Origin: Octopus vulgaris
Taxonomy: Eukaryota
DNA length: 64,000 nt
NCBI GenBank assembly: GCA_951406725.2
Contig: OX597822.1
Location: 41,044,001-41,108,000 of the forward strand
Reading direction: 5' to 3'
Shown here piece by piece: positions 42,348 through 55,980 of this stretch. A model generated the notes under the pieces. It saw only the letters and a program-made list of their open reading frames with translations, did not search any database and was not told where the DNA came from. Each line of letters begins with the position of its first letter. The stretch's first letter is position 1. Both the position numbers and the translations under genes were made by a program.

Positions 42348-42946
42348 TATGTGGCCCCAGTACACCCGAATGAAATCGGGTTCTCTTCATCAAAATGTGA
42401 AAAGGGGTCTACAATTATCATCGCCACAACTTATGTATGTCTTCCTCACTCACTCACTCTTTTTCCTAATGATAATTATCATCGCCACCACCAACACCAC
42501 TAACACACAATCATTGCAATCTTTCTCTTAAAACAAATCATGTTTACATTGCAAAATATTTCATTTTCCCGTCCTCTCTTTCATATATCACCTTTTCTTT
42601 CTCGAGCTCTCTCTTTTTTCGCCGTCTCTATTTATTCTACAACGAGTCTATCAATGACAGCCGCAAAAGTTTCAATATTCCTACTTCACCTCTTTCAGAA
42701 ACGCAACAGATATTTTTTTTTGCCGGGGTTAAAGCCCACTACATCCCGTCGGATTCACTCCAAAATTTACACCTTCTCTTTCTACCTCTAACTCCCATTC
42801 AATTTCTCTTTATCTCCATTCTTAAAGATAATTATCATCGCCACCACCACCACCAACACACAATCTGGACAATCTTTCTCTTATAACAAATCATGTTTAC
42901 ATTGCAACGGCGTCTGCCACCTCCGCCGTCTCTATTTATTCTGCAA

Positions 42947-43144
42947 ATGACCAGAACTCGGGAAACTTGGTTTAGTGTTCTATGGTCTATGACCAGAACT
43001 CGGGAAACTTGATTGAGTGTTCTATGGTCTATGACCAGAACTCGGGAAACTTGCTTGACTGTTCTATGGCATATGACCAGAAATCGGGAAACTTGGTTGA
43101 GTGTTCTATGGTCTATGACCAGAACTTGGGAAACTTGGTTGAGT
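42947..43144 (+). repeat. 42-bp minisatellite, ~4.7 units
   Basis: atgaccagaactcgggaaacttggttgagtgttctatggtct starting at 42947, 42989, 43031, 43073 and 43115. Confidence 0.92.
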
Positions 43145-43831
43145 CCTCATCTTATAAAATGTGGCCCCAGTAGACCCAAATGAAATCGGGTTATATTAAC
43201 CAAAAGGTGAAAAGGGGTATAAATGGGGCTGGAAGGGGATTAAAATTTAAAGGAGCGGGTGTTTAGCAATTCTGTTACATCAAGCTAAAAAATTTGCGCC
43301 AGCCTTTTAATCGTCAATGTGTTGCCGTCCATGATGAAGAAGTTTTGAATGCTTGCCATCGTGAGTCTACTGTCGTGAGAAAGAATCAAGTCAAAACTTG
43401 GTTTTTAGGGATTTTCTTTTACATCAAGTTCAAAATTTTACGCCAGCCGTTGAACTGTCAATACGTTGCTGTCCGTCGTTAAGAAATGCCAGCCATGGTG
43501 ACTCTACTATCCTCAAATTCTATCCCTTCAAACTTTGGTTTCCAATAGTTTATTATTTTTATTCAGCTCGCAAGTTCGTCTGTCCCTTTTAAATGTTAGT
43601 GTTTTGCTGTCTGTCTTGAAGCAGACCTTTCCTTTGTAACTGCCTGATATTTATGATTGATCTTTCTAAATATTTTATTTCTCAACTTACTCAAGATCTT
43701 TTGTTGTTTATAAATGGGAGAGAGATACATAAAGATAGAGAGTAAGAGAAAGCGAGGGAGAGTCCGAGAGAAAGGAAGAGTTAGAGAGTGGGAAAGTGAG
43801 ATAGAAAGGAGAAAGAAACAAAGAGGGAGAA

Positions 43832-44130
43832 TCATCATCATCATCATCGTTTAACGTCCGTTTTCCGTGCTAGCACGGGTTGGACAGTTTGACAGGGGTC
43901 TGGGAAGCCAGGAGGCTGCACCAGGCTCCAGTCTGATCTGGCAGTGTTTCGACAGGTGGATGCCCTTCCTGACGCCAACCACTCTGTGAGCGTAGTGGGT
44001 GCTTTTTCGTGCCACCTGCACAGGTGCCAGGGGTCTGGCAGCGGCCACGATCGGTTGGTGCTTTTTACGTGCCACCAGCACAGAAGCCAGTCAAGGCGGC
44101 GCTGCAATCCGCCACGTTCGGATGGTGCTG
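43832..44130 (-). mobile_element. SINE-like repeat family 3
   Basis: catcatcatcgtttaacgtccgttttcc...ggatgcccttcctgacgccaaccactc; homologous to 10738-11002. Confidence 0.75.
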
Positions 44131-44360
44131 GTTTTACGTGCTGAAAGGAAGCAACAGAAAGTAACAATCACACTCTTACCCGAGCGTAGAGCGGGTCACC
44201 TTCAGCTAGTATAACTGTCCAACCCGTGCTAAATATATATGTATGTATATATATATATATATAATAAATATATGTATATTTATATACATATATTTATATA
44301 TATATGTATACATTATATATATATATGTATGTATATATATATATATAATAAATATATATG

Positions 44361-44438
<78 letters not shown>

Positions 44439-44445
44439 TATATAC

Positions 44446-44482
<37 letters not shown>

Positions 44483-44490
44483 TACATACA

Positions 44491-44541
<51 letters not shown>

Positions 44542-44573
44542 CAACACACACACACACACACACACACACATAT

Positions 44574-44665
44574 GCGGCTGAAGAGAGCTTTAAGCCATCC
44601 TTTATGTCGATTATACAATGATGTAAGAATAGGTCGTTTTATAAAGCTTGAAACACATATACCGC
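44574..44665 (+). ncRNA. Hammerhead motif with long stem-II loop
   Basis: GCGG-CTGAAGA-gagcttta...taaagctt-GAAA-CACATA-TA-CCGC: 4-bp stem I, 8-bp stem II, intact core, decayed stem III. Confidence 0.6.
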
Positions 44666-44700
44666 GACATCCTTTGTGTTCTGTTTTTGATTTCATTTTA

Positions 44701-44763
<63 letters not shown>

Positions 44764-44797
44764 ATGAATGTTTGTTTGTATGTATATAATGTGTGTG

Positions 44798-44835
<38 letters not shown>

Positions 44836-44919
44836 CAGTCAGACAGATATCTACCTATCAATCTATATATACATATATACATATACACACACATATATTA
44901 TATACATAGATTGATGGGT

Positions 44920-45010
<91 letters not shown>

Positions 45011-45288
45011 TAGTAGAAAAAGATAGAGATAGATATATAGATGCATACATACATACAAACATATAGATATAGATTTAGACTTGAAGAAATCTCGAACGCA
45101 GGAGAGAGAGAGAATGGTCAAAACCATAGTAGAGATTGATATTCTTTATTCTGGTCGAGCCTGTCTCTTGCTACTCAGAGTTTCACTTACGGTTTCACAG
45201 GCTCTTCAGTCAAATCAATAATAAATTGCTTGAACACCCTGTGCATCCGCAGGTGAAATTCAGAGCAGCAGGAGACTATATAATGAAT

Positions 45289-45679
45289 TGTGGAGGCGCA
45301 ATGGCCCAGTGGTTAGGGCAGCGGACTCGCGGTCGTAGGATTACGGTTTCGATTCCCAGACCGGGCGTTGTGAGTGTTTATTGAGCGAAAACACCTAAAG
45401 CTCCATGAGGCTCCGGCAGGGATGGTGGTGATCCCTGCTGTACTCTTTCACCACAACTTTCTCTCACTCTTACTTCCTGTTTCTGTTCTACCTGTATTTC
45501 AAAGGGCCGGTCTTGTCACTCTCTGTGTCACGCTGAATATCCCCGAGAACTACGTTAAGGGTACACGTGTCTGTGGAATGCTCAGCTACTTACACGTTAA
45601 TTTCACGAGCAGGCTGTTCTGTTGATCGGATCAACCGGAACCCTCGTCGTCGTAACCGACGGAGTGCTTCCAACAAAAA
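45289..45679 (+). mobile_element. Young tRNA-derived SINE family 4 with 11-bp TSD
   Basis: Head ggcgcaatggcccagtggttagggcagcgg...ggtttcgattccc; TSD atataatgaat; near-identical to 58014-58402. Confidence 0.9.
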
Positions 45680-46100
45680 ATATAATGAATATCTTGATCC
45701 AAATAACAAAAAGCCCAACCTCACAATGACTCAATACGTTTATTGCTAAATGTGATGTTTCGTGTATAGAAACTGCGTTCAACATTTATGAGAACTTTTG
45801 AAATTCCTTCAAATTCTCATCACTCCCGGGAGTCTAATAAATATGAAACGTTTGTACAGTGCCCGCACTGCACTTGTAGAATTTCACATAATTTATGTGT
45901 GCATCTATTTTTCTTTGTCTGTATATATAAAAGGATATGGTGTATCACTATGTGTATGTGTGTACGTGTATGTATATGTGTATGTGTGTACGTGTATGTT
46001 TGGTGTGTTTAAGTATTCTGCATTCACAGAAATATTTACAATCTAAATTTCCCAAGCTACCATTCCTAAGTTTCCTTTTAATCCGCGCGTGGCTGTACAT

Positions 46101-46302
<202 letters not shown>

Positions 46303-46828
46303 TGTGTGTGTGCGTATGTATGTATACATTTATAAATATATACATATGTATATTTGTGGTATATGTATGGTGTATACGTCTACGATCCTACATATGTGCG
46401 TGTATGTGCATAATGTGTAGTATTTCAAGTCAGCCCTTTTCTCTCTCTCTCTCTCTCTCTCCTTCTCTAATACTCCGTCCTCACCCAACGTCTTCAACTT
46501 AATATGGATAACGTTTAGATCAGGGTACCGCAACGACGAGAGTGGGTGGTGGAGGCAGACGGGTGCGTGGTGGGGTGGTTGTGGGGGAGTGGGTGTTCCG
46601 TGGACCCATGAGGGAAGTTTTGTTTAGTAAAATGAAGGGTTGCATGAAATTGGTAATGGGATGAAATAGATAGTGTGATGTACTAAACATTATCCTGAGC
46701 ACCCCCATTGTTGCTGGAGCTAGCGCAGGGCCTTGATATCTACCATAGAACTCATTGACGTTCTTAGTACAACCTAAGACACGCTAAGCTTCTGAGAAAT
46801 AGTAAACAGTGAGTCAACGCTGCTGCTG

Positions 46829-46904
<76 letters not shown>

Positions 46905-47123
46905 CACCATTGCTGCTGTTCCTGCTGTCGTTGCCGATGCTTGTTCGGTTTCCAAGTCGATGCCCGAATCCTGCTGTCGTATAACGAATTACTTTCACAC
47001 GAGGAATATCCCTTTCTATTCTATAATTTCAGACGCGCTGCATCAAGACCAGTGGTTCTGAACTGGAGTCCACGTGGCCCGTTAAGGGGTCCATATAAGA
47101 TTTTGTTGATAAAATTTATCTAT

Positions 47124-47356
47124 AGGCGTAGGAGTGGCTGTGTGGTAAAGTAGCTTGTTTACGAACCGCATGGTTCCGGGTTCAGTCCCACTGCGTGACA
47201 CCTTGGGCAAGTGTTTTCTACTATAGCCTCGGGACGACCAAAGCCTTGTGAGTGGATTTGGTAGACGGAAACTGAAAGAAGCCCGTCGTATATATATATA
47301 TGCATGAATGTATATGTTTGTGTGTGTGTGTGTCCCCAACATCGCTTGACAACCGA
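47124..47356 (+). mobile_element. SINE family 1, 5' portion
   Basis: Consensus match. Confidence 0.85.
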
Positions 47357-47452
47357 TAATGGAGTCCTTGATATATTTATGCTTGGAAAAAAGACCCACG
47401 ATTGAACACAATAATCTATAATACAACAGCTACTGTGGTAGTGTTGTTGTTG

Positions 47453-47487
<35 letters not shown>

Positions 47488-47739
47488 TGTTTTGGTGATG
47501 GTAGTGGTGGGACAGACACAAACACAAACATCTTCGAAATACGAGAGTAGAAAAACAGTCAAGAACTGATGAAGGGTCGATCTTTATGTTGTTTGTCTTG
47601 TCTTCCATTTGTGTTTTTCGTTGTTCGAAAAAATAGTTCATATTCCATGTACTCGTACTTCGTATATTTTTTTGTTGTACACGGTTCATGACGTCCTGTA
47701 CCCACATATGCATATATATAGATGTAATTATTATTTTTT

Positions 47740-48133
47740 CTTTTACTTGTTTCAGTCATTTGACTGCGGCCATGCTGGAGCACCGCCTTTAATCGAGCAA
47801 CTCAACCCCGGGACTTATTCTTTTGTAAGCCCAGTACTTATTCTATCGGTCTCTTTTGCCGAACCGCTAAGTAACGGGAACATAAACACACCAGCATCGG
47901 TTGTCAAGCAATGCTAGGGGGACAAACACAGACACACAAACACACACACGCATATATATATACATATATACGACGGGCTTCTTCCAGTTTCCGTCTACCA
48001 AATCCACTCACAAGGCTTTGGTCGGCCCGAGGCTATAGTAGAAGACACTTGCCCAAGGTGCCACGCAGTGGGACTGAACCCGGAACCATGCGGTTGGTAA
48101 ACAAGCTACTTACCACACAACCACTCCTGCGCC
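47740..48133 (-). mobile_element. Full-length SINE family 1
   Basis: Consensus match; ~30-bp duplication of the head end at 48136-48167. Confidence 0.9.
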
Positions 48134-48219
48134 TGTAAACAAGCTGCTTACCACACAGCCACTCCTGCTGTACATATACGTATGTACATATACGTATGTA
48201 TATATGCATATATATGTAT

Positions 48220-48314
<95 letters not shown>

Positions 48315-48574
48315 CGTCGTTATTTCAGATAGAGTGTATCTAGGGGTGGGATTTGATGAGAATTTAATAACTACAACTATTGTTTTTAGTACTCCATCTT
48401 CTGCAGTGATGTATAGTTGATTGTGCTCACCTATGTTTAGAGCTCTTCCAGCCGAGACCATAACGTTCTTAAAGATAGATTCTTACACTACATTGTCTAC
48501 TGTGTTATGCCCTCTCACAAGATATTTTGGCGTGATCTGAACAGAATTTGTCTGCTATTTCTAGCCGAAGGAAT

Positions 48575-49110
48575 AGGGGTGGTGACGATAGTAATTGTGG
48601 TGGTATGATGATGGTAGTGGCGGTAATAGTGGTGGTGGTGGTGGAGGTGGTGATGGTGATGGAAGTGATGATGGTGCTAATGGTGGTTGTGGTGTGGCTG
48701 ATAGTAATGGTGCCTGTGATGGTGGCGGTGGTGGTGATGGTAGTGGTGGTGGTGGTGGTGGTGATGGTGGTGGTGATGGTGGTGGTGGTAATGGTGGTGG
48801 TGATGATGGTTGTGGTGGTAACAGTAGTGGTGGTGACGATGGTAGTAATGGCGGTAATAGTAGTGATGGTGGTGATGGTGGTGATGGTGGTGGTAGTGGT
48901 GGTAGGGGTATGATGATGGTAGTGGCGGTAGTAGTGGTGGTGGTTGTGATGTAGTGGCGGGAATAGTGGTGGTGGTAGTGATGGTTGTGGCGGTAATAGT
49001 GGTGGTGATGGTAGTGGCAGTCATAGTGGTGTTGGTGGTGACGGTGGTGAAGGTGCTCGTAGTAGCGGTAATAGTAGTGGTGGTAGTGGAAATGGTGGCA
49101 GGAAGGGTGG
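48575..49110. repeat. (GGT/GAT/AGT)n low-complexity tract
   Basis: Degenerate trinucleotide repeat. Confidence 0.85.
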
Positions 49111-49395
49111 AAGTAAGATTAATAATGGCGTTTGCTATTTTTATTTCGTTTGAAATTATCAGATTTCAATCTTTAATGTTGGTTTTGTCGCTACAGTTCG
49201 ACTACAACGACCGCTGTCTCTTTTGCTGATGCTGATGCCGTTGTTGTTGTTGTGATCACGTTCCGCTCCACTGCCTCGATAACGTCGTTGGTCAAGTCAG
49301 TCTGCCTTATCACGTTGACCATCTTTAACTTCACTATCTACGTGGTCAGCAAGGAAACCACCACTACCACCGACACCACCACCACCACCACCACC

Positions 49396-49445
<50 letters not shown>

Positions 49446-49632
49446 CACCACAGTAGCTGTTGCTATTATAGATTGCTGTTTTCAATTCTAGAGTCGTTTT
49501 TTCAGGCATAAATATATCTAGGACTCCATTATCCAACGTATCCATAACGTTTTTCTTTACGATATTAGGGAGATTTGGCAGCTACTTCTAAGAAATCAAT
49601 CAACCACGTATACGCACATCTACATTGCCTAT

Positions 49633-49805
49633 AAAGTTCTATATTTAAGAGATGAGGACTTATGTACATTATTTACATTTGACGGATATTTGTCCTCATC
49701 TTGTTTATTGTTAACACACTATTTCGGCTGATATACCCTCCGGCCTTCTTCAGGTGTCTTGGGGAAATTTCGAACCTGGGTTCTCATTCCTAAGGTATTT
49801 TTCGA

Positions 49806-49842
<37 letters not shown>

Positions 49843-50011
49843 GAGTGAGAGAGCAGTGCATGCCATCAAAGTGACACTGGGGTAAAATATACGAACTGGT
49901 TAAGGTCAAACAACTGACAAGCAAATCTGTGGTATTGAGCAGAATATTTGCTGTAGCCCATCTTTTATACCAAGACAAAACAATGTACATGATAACACTT
50001 CCAATCAGTTA

Positions 50012-50070
<59 letters not shown>

Positions 50071-50197
50071 CATTATTATTATTAATTATAAATTTCCCCA
50101 AGACACCTGAAGAAGGCTGGAGGGTATATCAGCCGAAACGTTGTGTTAACAACAAACAAGATGAGGACAAATATCCGTCGAATGTAAATAATGTACA
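49633..50197. mobile_element. Small non-autonomous Penelope-like element with inverted hammerhead-bearing ends
   Basis: 49662-49770 is inverted relative to 50090-50198; (ATT)n interior; direct repeat tacattgcctat at 49621-49632 and 50194-50205. Confidence 0.75.
50102..50147 (+). ncRNA. Apparently intact minimal hammerhead ribozyme
   Basis: GACAC-CTGAAGAA-GGCTG gagggtatat CAGCC-GAAAC-GTT-GTGTT; AACGTT palindrome in place of stem III. Confidence 0.75.
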
Positions 50198-50309
50198 TTG
50201 CCTATGTTGTTAATATTGCTGCTACTGTTGTTGTTATTATTGTTGATGTTGTACCCAGCTAGAGACTGACTAGAGACAAGAGATGTGTGAGATTTTGAAT
50301 CTCAAAGTG

Positions 50310-50770
50310 GTGCAGGCGTGACTGTGTGGTAAGGAGTTTGCTTCCCAACCACAAGGTTTCGGATTCACTCTTACTGCACGGCACCTTGGACAAGTGTGTT
50401 CTATAGACCCAAGTCGACTAATCTTTTCTACTCTAGGCACAAGGCCTGAAATGTTGAGGGAGAGGACTAGTCGATTGTGTCGACCCCAGTGATTCATTGG
50501 TACTTAATTTATCGACCCCGAAAGGATGAAAGGCAAAGTCAACCTCGACAAAATTTGAACTCAGGTGAGCTGGCAGAATCGTCAACGCGCAGGGCGAAAT
50601 GCTGTCTTTACGTTCTGAGTTCAAATTCCGCCGAGGTCGATAAAGTAAGTACCAGTTACGCACTGGGGTCGATGTAATCGAATTAACCCCTTTGTCTGTC
50701 CTTGTTTGTCCCCTCTATATTTAGCCCCTTGTGGGTAATAAAGAAATAAGAATTTGAACTCAGAACGTAA
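50310..50770. mobile_element. Nested SINE family 1 and family 2 fragments in both orientations
   Basis: Family-1 head at ~50310; family 2 on minus at ~50422-50563 and on plus at ~50563-50750. Confidence 0.75.
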
Positions 50771-51798
50771 TGCCGGAAGAAATGCCCAAAGTCGACTAAT
50801 GCTTTGCGAATGGATTTCATAGGTGATTGGGAAAAGCCTGTCGTGTGTGTAAAAGCGCTTACAACACAAAATACACACTAAACATGTTGTTTGTTCCTTC
50901 TCGAGCCATGCCTGGCTCATAAGGGCCGGTTTCCCGGTTTCATTGGCGTATAGGTTTCCCACCTGGACGGGTTGCTGATTCGTCGATTGTGAACTGCTGG
51001 ATGCAGGAGGAAAGAGCGAGAGAAAGTTGTGGCGAAAGAGTCTGCAGAAGACGCGACTTCATTGAAACAATCCTTCCCGCAAAGCAAATTAAATAAAATT
51101 TGGGATTTTTTGCGGAGGGTAAAAGTGGTAACAAGAACAGGACAGTAATAACAAAACAGTAAAAACAGTAAAAGACAGAACAATGAGAACAAACGAGTAA
51201 AATCAAACAATGATGGTTGTTAAGTCAAGACGATGGAAAAATTATTCTGAATGCTTAAGGAGACAGCTTATGAAAGAGACAGGGTAAGCTGATCTGGTCT
51301 TGGTGAAGATAGTAGTCGAAAAGATGGCTACCTTCTGATCACGTGTCAGTGACGAGAGAGTCGAGGAGGAGGAGGAGGAGGAGTAAGAGCGAGGGAACGG
51401 TGAAGGGGAGAAGAGAAGAATAGGGAAGGGTGGAGGAGAAAACCAGAAAGGATGAAGAACAAGAGAGGGAGAGAGATAAACAGAGAAGAAATATTAAAGG
51501 AGAAGAGTACGCATCATAATTATTAAGATAAAACTTACTTGGAAAAGTACGCGTGTCGTTCGATCATATAATAATATAAATAATATATAAATATATGCAT
51601 AGATACATACATATATGTACATACCTACAAATATATGTATATATACATGCATATATGGGTACAGGACATCAAAAAAAAAAACGTTGAACACAATTAGAAA
51701 CGAAAACATAAAAACAAAAACATAGAAACGGACTTTTTTTCAAACAACGAAAAAAACAGCGTACAAGACATACAACACAAGGAATATTCCCCTTCTTC

Positions 51799-51842
<44 letters not shown>

Positions 51843-51856
51843 GCATATATACATAT

Positions 51857-51904
<48 letters not shown>

Positions 51905-51962
51905 TCAAATATATATATATATGTACATATTTATAGATATATATATATACACACACAACTGC

Positions 51963-52034
<72 letters not shown>

Positions 52035-52553
52035 ACACATATAGTAAGAATTCGCATATCTGCCGGTGTCAGTAGCAATTAATTTGAAATAGTCGCTATG
52101 AGGTGATTAACCCACTTTAGCGGCAAACACATGACACAGTTCATCCGAAACGTGTCAGCTTATAAAGGACCTTTATGAAACTCAAACCTCCATCAAAATC
52201 TTGTAAAAGCCCTGTATTAGTGCTACATTAAACGTATTTAGTAAAATGTGTTTAGACGCTGCTGTTGTAATGTAAGAGAACTATTAGATTGAAATAGCGC
52301 TCTCCTATCTACTGAGGCTGATATGTAAATATAGTAGTGTTGTGATAGTGTTTAGATAACTGCGTGTGTCAAATGTTTAAATAACTAGTGTTCCTTTGGT
52401 GTTTAGTTAGTGTTCTGTTTAATTACTTCATAGTTAGAATTATCTTTTGTTTGGTTAATTTTTTTTTCATTTTTTACAAATTTCAGTCATTGGACCGGAA
52501 CCATCCTCAGTACATCTTCTTTGTTTGTTTGTTTGTTTGTTTGTTTCTTTCTT

Positions 52554-52962
52554 TCTTTTCGGTTTGAACGGCAGTTTTTTCTAGCGGTGTCATATGAAAT
52601 TGTCATCCATAATTATGACCCTTGTATCGATCTATTGCATTTCAATCTATTTTAGGGTCAGGGTTAGGGGTGGGGGGAAGGTAACTTTTTTTCTCCACAA
52701 ATATAAATGAATCCAATCTGTTTCTTAAACGAGGGACATATTCATACGGCACAGAATGTTTTTTTACCTCAATACACGTAATTGATTGGTTGAAATTGCA
52801 GAAATTGAAGAAAAAAAAACAAATATCTTACAAACTATAGAATTTTCTCAATAAAGCCAAGCGAAAAAGATTTTTTATAAACACATTCTACCGGTATACA
52901 AAGTTTAAAATTTGTTAGTTACCTAGAAATTATGTTAAAAACTGCCGTCCAAACCGAAAAGA
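52554..52962. mobile_element. MITE-like element with ~26-bp TIRs
   Basis: tcttttcggtttgaacggcagttttt ... aaaaactgccgtccaaaccgaaaaga; internal ttagggtcagggttagggg. Confidence 0.8.
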
Positions 52963-52979
52963 TCCCTTTTTTTTTACTC

Positions 52980-53625
52980 GTTGGTCTTTACTCATTGTCT
53001 CTTTAGAATCTTCCTATCCCTGGGAATTATGTTTTTCTGTCAGTCTGATGTTCTCTTTGGAGTAAACTTACTGCATATGTCATGCATGAACCCCGTAAAG
53101 TTCTGTAGCTCTATGTCAATATCTTGTGTAGAGAGACAAGTTGACCAGTTTTGTTCCATGACCTCCTTCTGAATATCTTTCCAATCAGCTTTATGAAAGA
53201 GCAAGCTGGAAAGGAACTGGATGCCTGTATGTCTGTAGTTTTTTGTGAGTCATACGTTGTTAGTTCTATTAAGTTATCGTCCGAGAAAATCGTCGGTATC
53301 ACCTTAGCATTATGAATGAGCGCCACGTTATTTGTGAAGCAGAGGTCCAGGACATTTTTACCCTTGTTGAGTGGAGCACTAATTGCTCCATAAAGAGCAT
53401 GTTTGCGAGTCGAGCAGTGACTCTGTTTGTCTCTATTCAAGCAGTGTTATAGAAAGGTAGCCCTCAGGCCACTCGACATTAGGGAGGTTGAAGTCTCTTA
53501 GTATGTGAAGGCCGTCATCTAGGTTGGTCAACATTTCTTCCACCTTTTTGAGGGGCTCTCTTCGAATGAGTCCCTATAATTTGGAGCATTTGGGGGAAGT
53601 GGGGCGATATTACCATTTTGGTCTG
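52980..53625 (-). mobile_element. LINE apurinic-like endonuclease (APE) fragment, CR1-like
   Basis: Minus-strand ILRDFNLP (GDFN), KGKNVLDLCFTNN, FSDDNLI (SDH), FHKADW. Confidence 0.85.
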
Positions 53626-54533
53626 ATTAATGTGTACTACCAGAGTGTCTTAAACTGAGTTTGAGTGTGACAGCAGGACTACAGGCTTGACATCTTCCAG
53701 GATAAACTTTGTCACGCCATTTTGTGTGTGCGTGTGTGTGTGTGTGTGAGCGAGAGAGAGAGAGAGGGAGGAGAATAAAAGCAAGATAAACGTTATTCAT
53801 AAGTATGCTTAATAAATATACAATGGAAAGTAAATAGAATGGTTTAATTATAGGGTTCATTTCTCCGTTGCCAGAAATAGGAATCGTCCTGGTTCCCTAC
53901 GTGTTTTATTAATCTCGCATTAGAGATTACTAACCCATTTTCTGTTCATAGAGAGAGAGTAGCTGATCCGACTTATTTATTGCGTATCGACAAACAGACA
54001 GAGCTGAGCTAGTCTGCCTTATTCGCAGTAGACTGCAGGCGCGCGCAACGGGGATGAGTTAATCTGCTCAACACGACAAGGGTTTAAGATCATTGGTGAT
54101 ATATGGGAGACCTTACTCGTGTGTGATTTTAGTAACCTCAAATTTTTATTCTCGCAACAAGTGCTTACAACACACGTCTATCTCTCCGTGAGATCAAACC
54201 TGCGGTCTAACCACTTTGTTTACATTCGCAGCGAGGTTAAATGTGCGAGTTTGCTGAAATAATGATATTATAATGCGTGTGTCTATGCGTGCGTATATGT
54301 GTGTATGTGCGTGTAAATATGTACTGTAAATATGTACCTTCACATTCATACATGTATACGCATTTATCTATCCATTTATTTATCTAGCTGTCTGTCTAGT
54401 CTGTCTGTCTGCTTGTCTGTCTATCTGCCTGCCTGTCTATCTGTCTATCTACCAGTCTGTCTCGCTAAATATCTGTCTATTTGTCTGTTTTTATGTATGT
54501 ATGTATCTATGTATTTAGGTAATTATCTATCTA

Positions 54534-54590
<57 letters not shown>

Positions 54591-54601
54591 ATTTTTATTT
54601 T

Positions 54602-54659
<58 letters not shown>

Positions 54660-54665
<6 letters not shown>

Positions 54666-55207
54666 CCACTACTGCCTTTCTGACCCTGCATCCATCAAAT
54701 GTAGACGGCTTTCTGTCTCTCTCGCCGTTCTCAAAGCGTTCAAAATATCTTTTCATTCGTTCAGACTTAACAGCCCTTAATGTTCGTGTTACTGTTATTC
54801 TCCTTGTCTTGTCTTTTACTGTTTTTATTTGTATTGTTTTTACTGCCCTGTTTTTGTTACCATTTTTTCCCCTCCGCAAAAAAATCTCAAATTTTATTTA
54901 ATTTGCTTTGCAGGAAGGATTGTTTCAAGAAGTCGTGTCTCGCCTTTACCTTCGTAAACGCGGAGTAGATGAAACCATGGCGACTGAAGAAGGGGAATGT
55001 TCCTTGTGTTGTATGTCTTGTATTCTATTTTTTCGTTGTTTAAGAAAAATGTCCATTTCCTTGGTTTTGTTTTTATGTTTTCGTTTCTCATTGTGTTCGA
55101 CGTCTTTTTTTTGTGTCCTGTACCCATATATGCATGTATATATACATATAGATGTAGGTACGTACATATATGTATGTATATACGCATATGTTTTATTTAT
55201 TATTTTG

Positions 55208-55210
<3 letters not shown>
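54660..55210 (+). repeat. Interspersed repeat family P, long copy
   Basis: Colinear with 23130-23665; embedded in (TA)n. Confidence 0.7.
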
Positions 55211-55267
<57 letters not shown>

Positions 55268-55342
55268 TTATATGTAATTGAAAAGATTGGAGCCATCAAG
55301 AAGTGGCACGGTTAGACATTATTTTTTAAATCACTACAATTG

Positions 55343-55374
<32 letters not shown>

Positions 55375-55390
55375 TGTATGTATGTATGTA

Positions 55391-55757
55391 TAGGAGTGGC
55401 TGTGTGGTAAGTAGCTTGCTTACCAACCACATGGTTCCAGGCTCAGTCCCACTGTGTGGTACCTTGGGTAAGTGTCTTCTACTATAGTGTCTTCACCTTG
55501 TGAGTGGATTTGGTAGACGGAAACTGAAAGAAGCCTGTCGTATATATAGGTGTATGTGTGTGATTGTGTGTCTGTGTTTGTCGACCCACCATCGCTTGAC
55601 AACCGATGCTGGTGTGTTTACTTCCCCGTAACTTAGCGGTTCAACAAAAGAGAACGATAGAATAAGTGCTAGGCTTACAAAAAATAAGTCCTGGGATCGA
55701 TTTGCTCGACTACAGAATGGTCACAGTCAAAGGACTAAAACAAGTAAAAGAGTAAAA
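55391..55757 (+). mobile_element. SINE family 1
   Basis: Consensus match. Confidence 0.85.
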
Positions 55758-55884
55758 GATATATATATATATATATACATACACACGGATATGTGTGTAT
55801 ATGTATATGTGTATGCTGTATATATGTAAATATTTGTATATATATATGTGTGTGTGTGTATGTATATAGGCAGATGGATGGATG

Positions 55885-55980
<96 letters not shown>

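Larger units (their letters stand above)
41753..44209 (+). mobile_element. Composite non-autonomous Helitron
   Basis: 5' TCTATATATAAAACTGAAATG; 3' hairpin acccg...cgggt then CTAG|T; internal duplications, satellite and nested SINE. Confidence 0.62.

Noticed and set aside
42947-43144. CRISPR-like regular repeat
   Set aside because: Contiguous 42-bp units without unique spacers, in eukaryotic context; a minisatellite
45150-45275. Minus-strand exon ending ACC|GTAAGT, or a hammerhead
   Set aside because: Weak acceptor. CTGAAGAgcctgt...acaggctc lacks a correctly placed GAAA, so it is at best a decayed remnant
45289-45365. tRNA gene
   Set aside because: Head of a TSD-flanked SINE that is also present at 58014
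48548-49229. Gly-rich, Val-rich and His-rich ORFs
   Set aside because: (GGT)n low-complexity DNA open in several frames, with no splice or domain evidence; the same applies to 32533-33413 and 62853-63280
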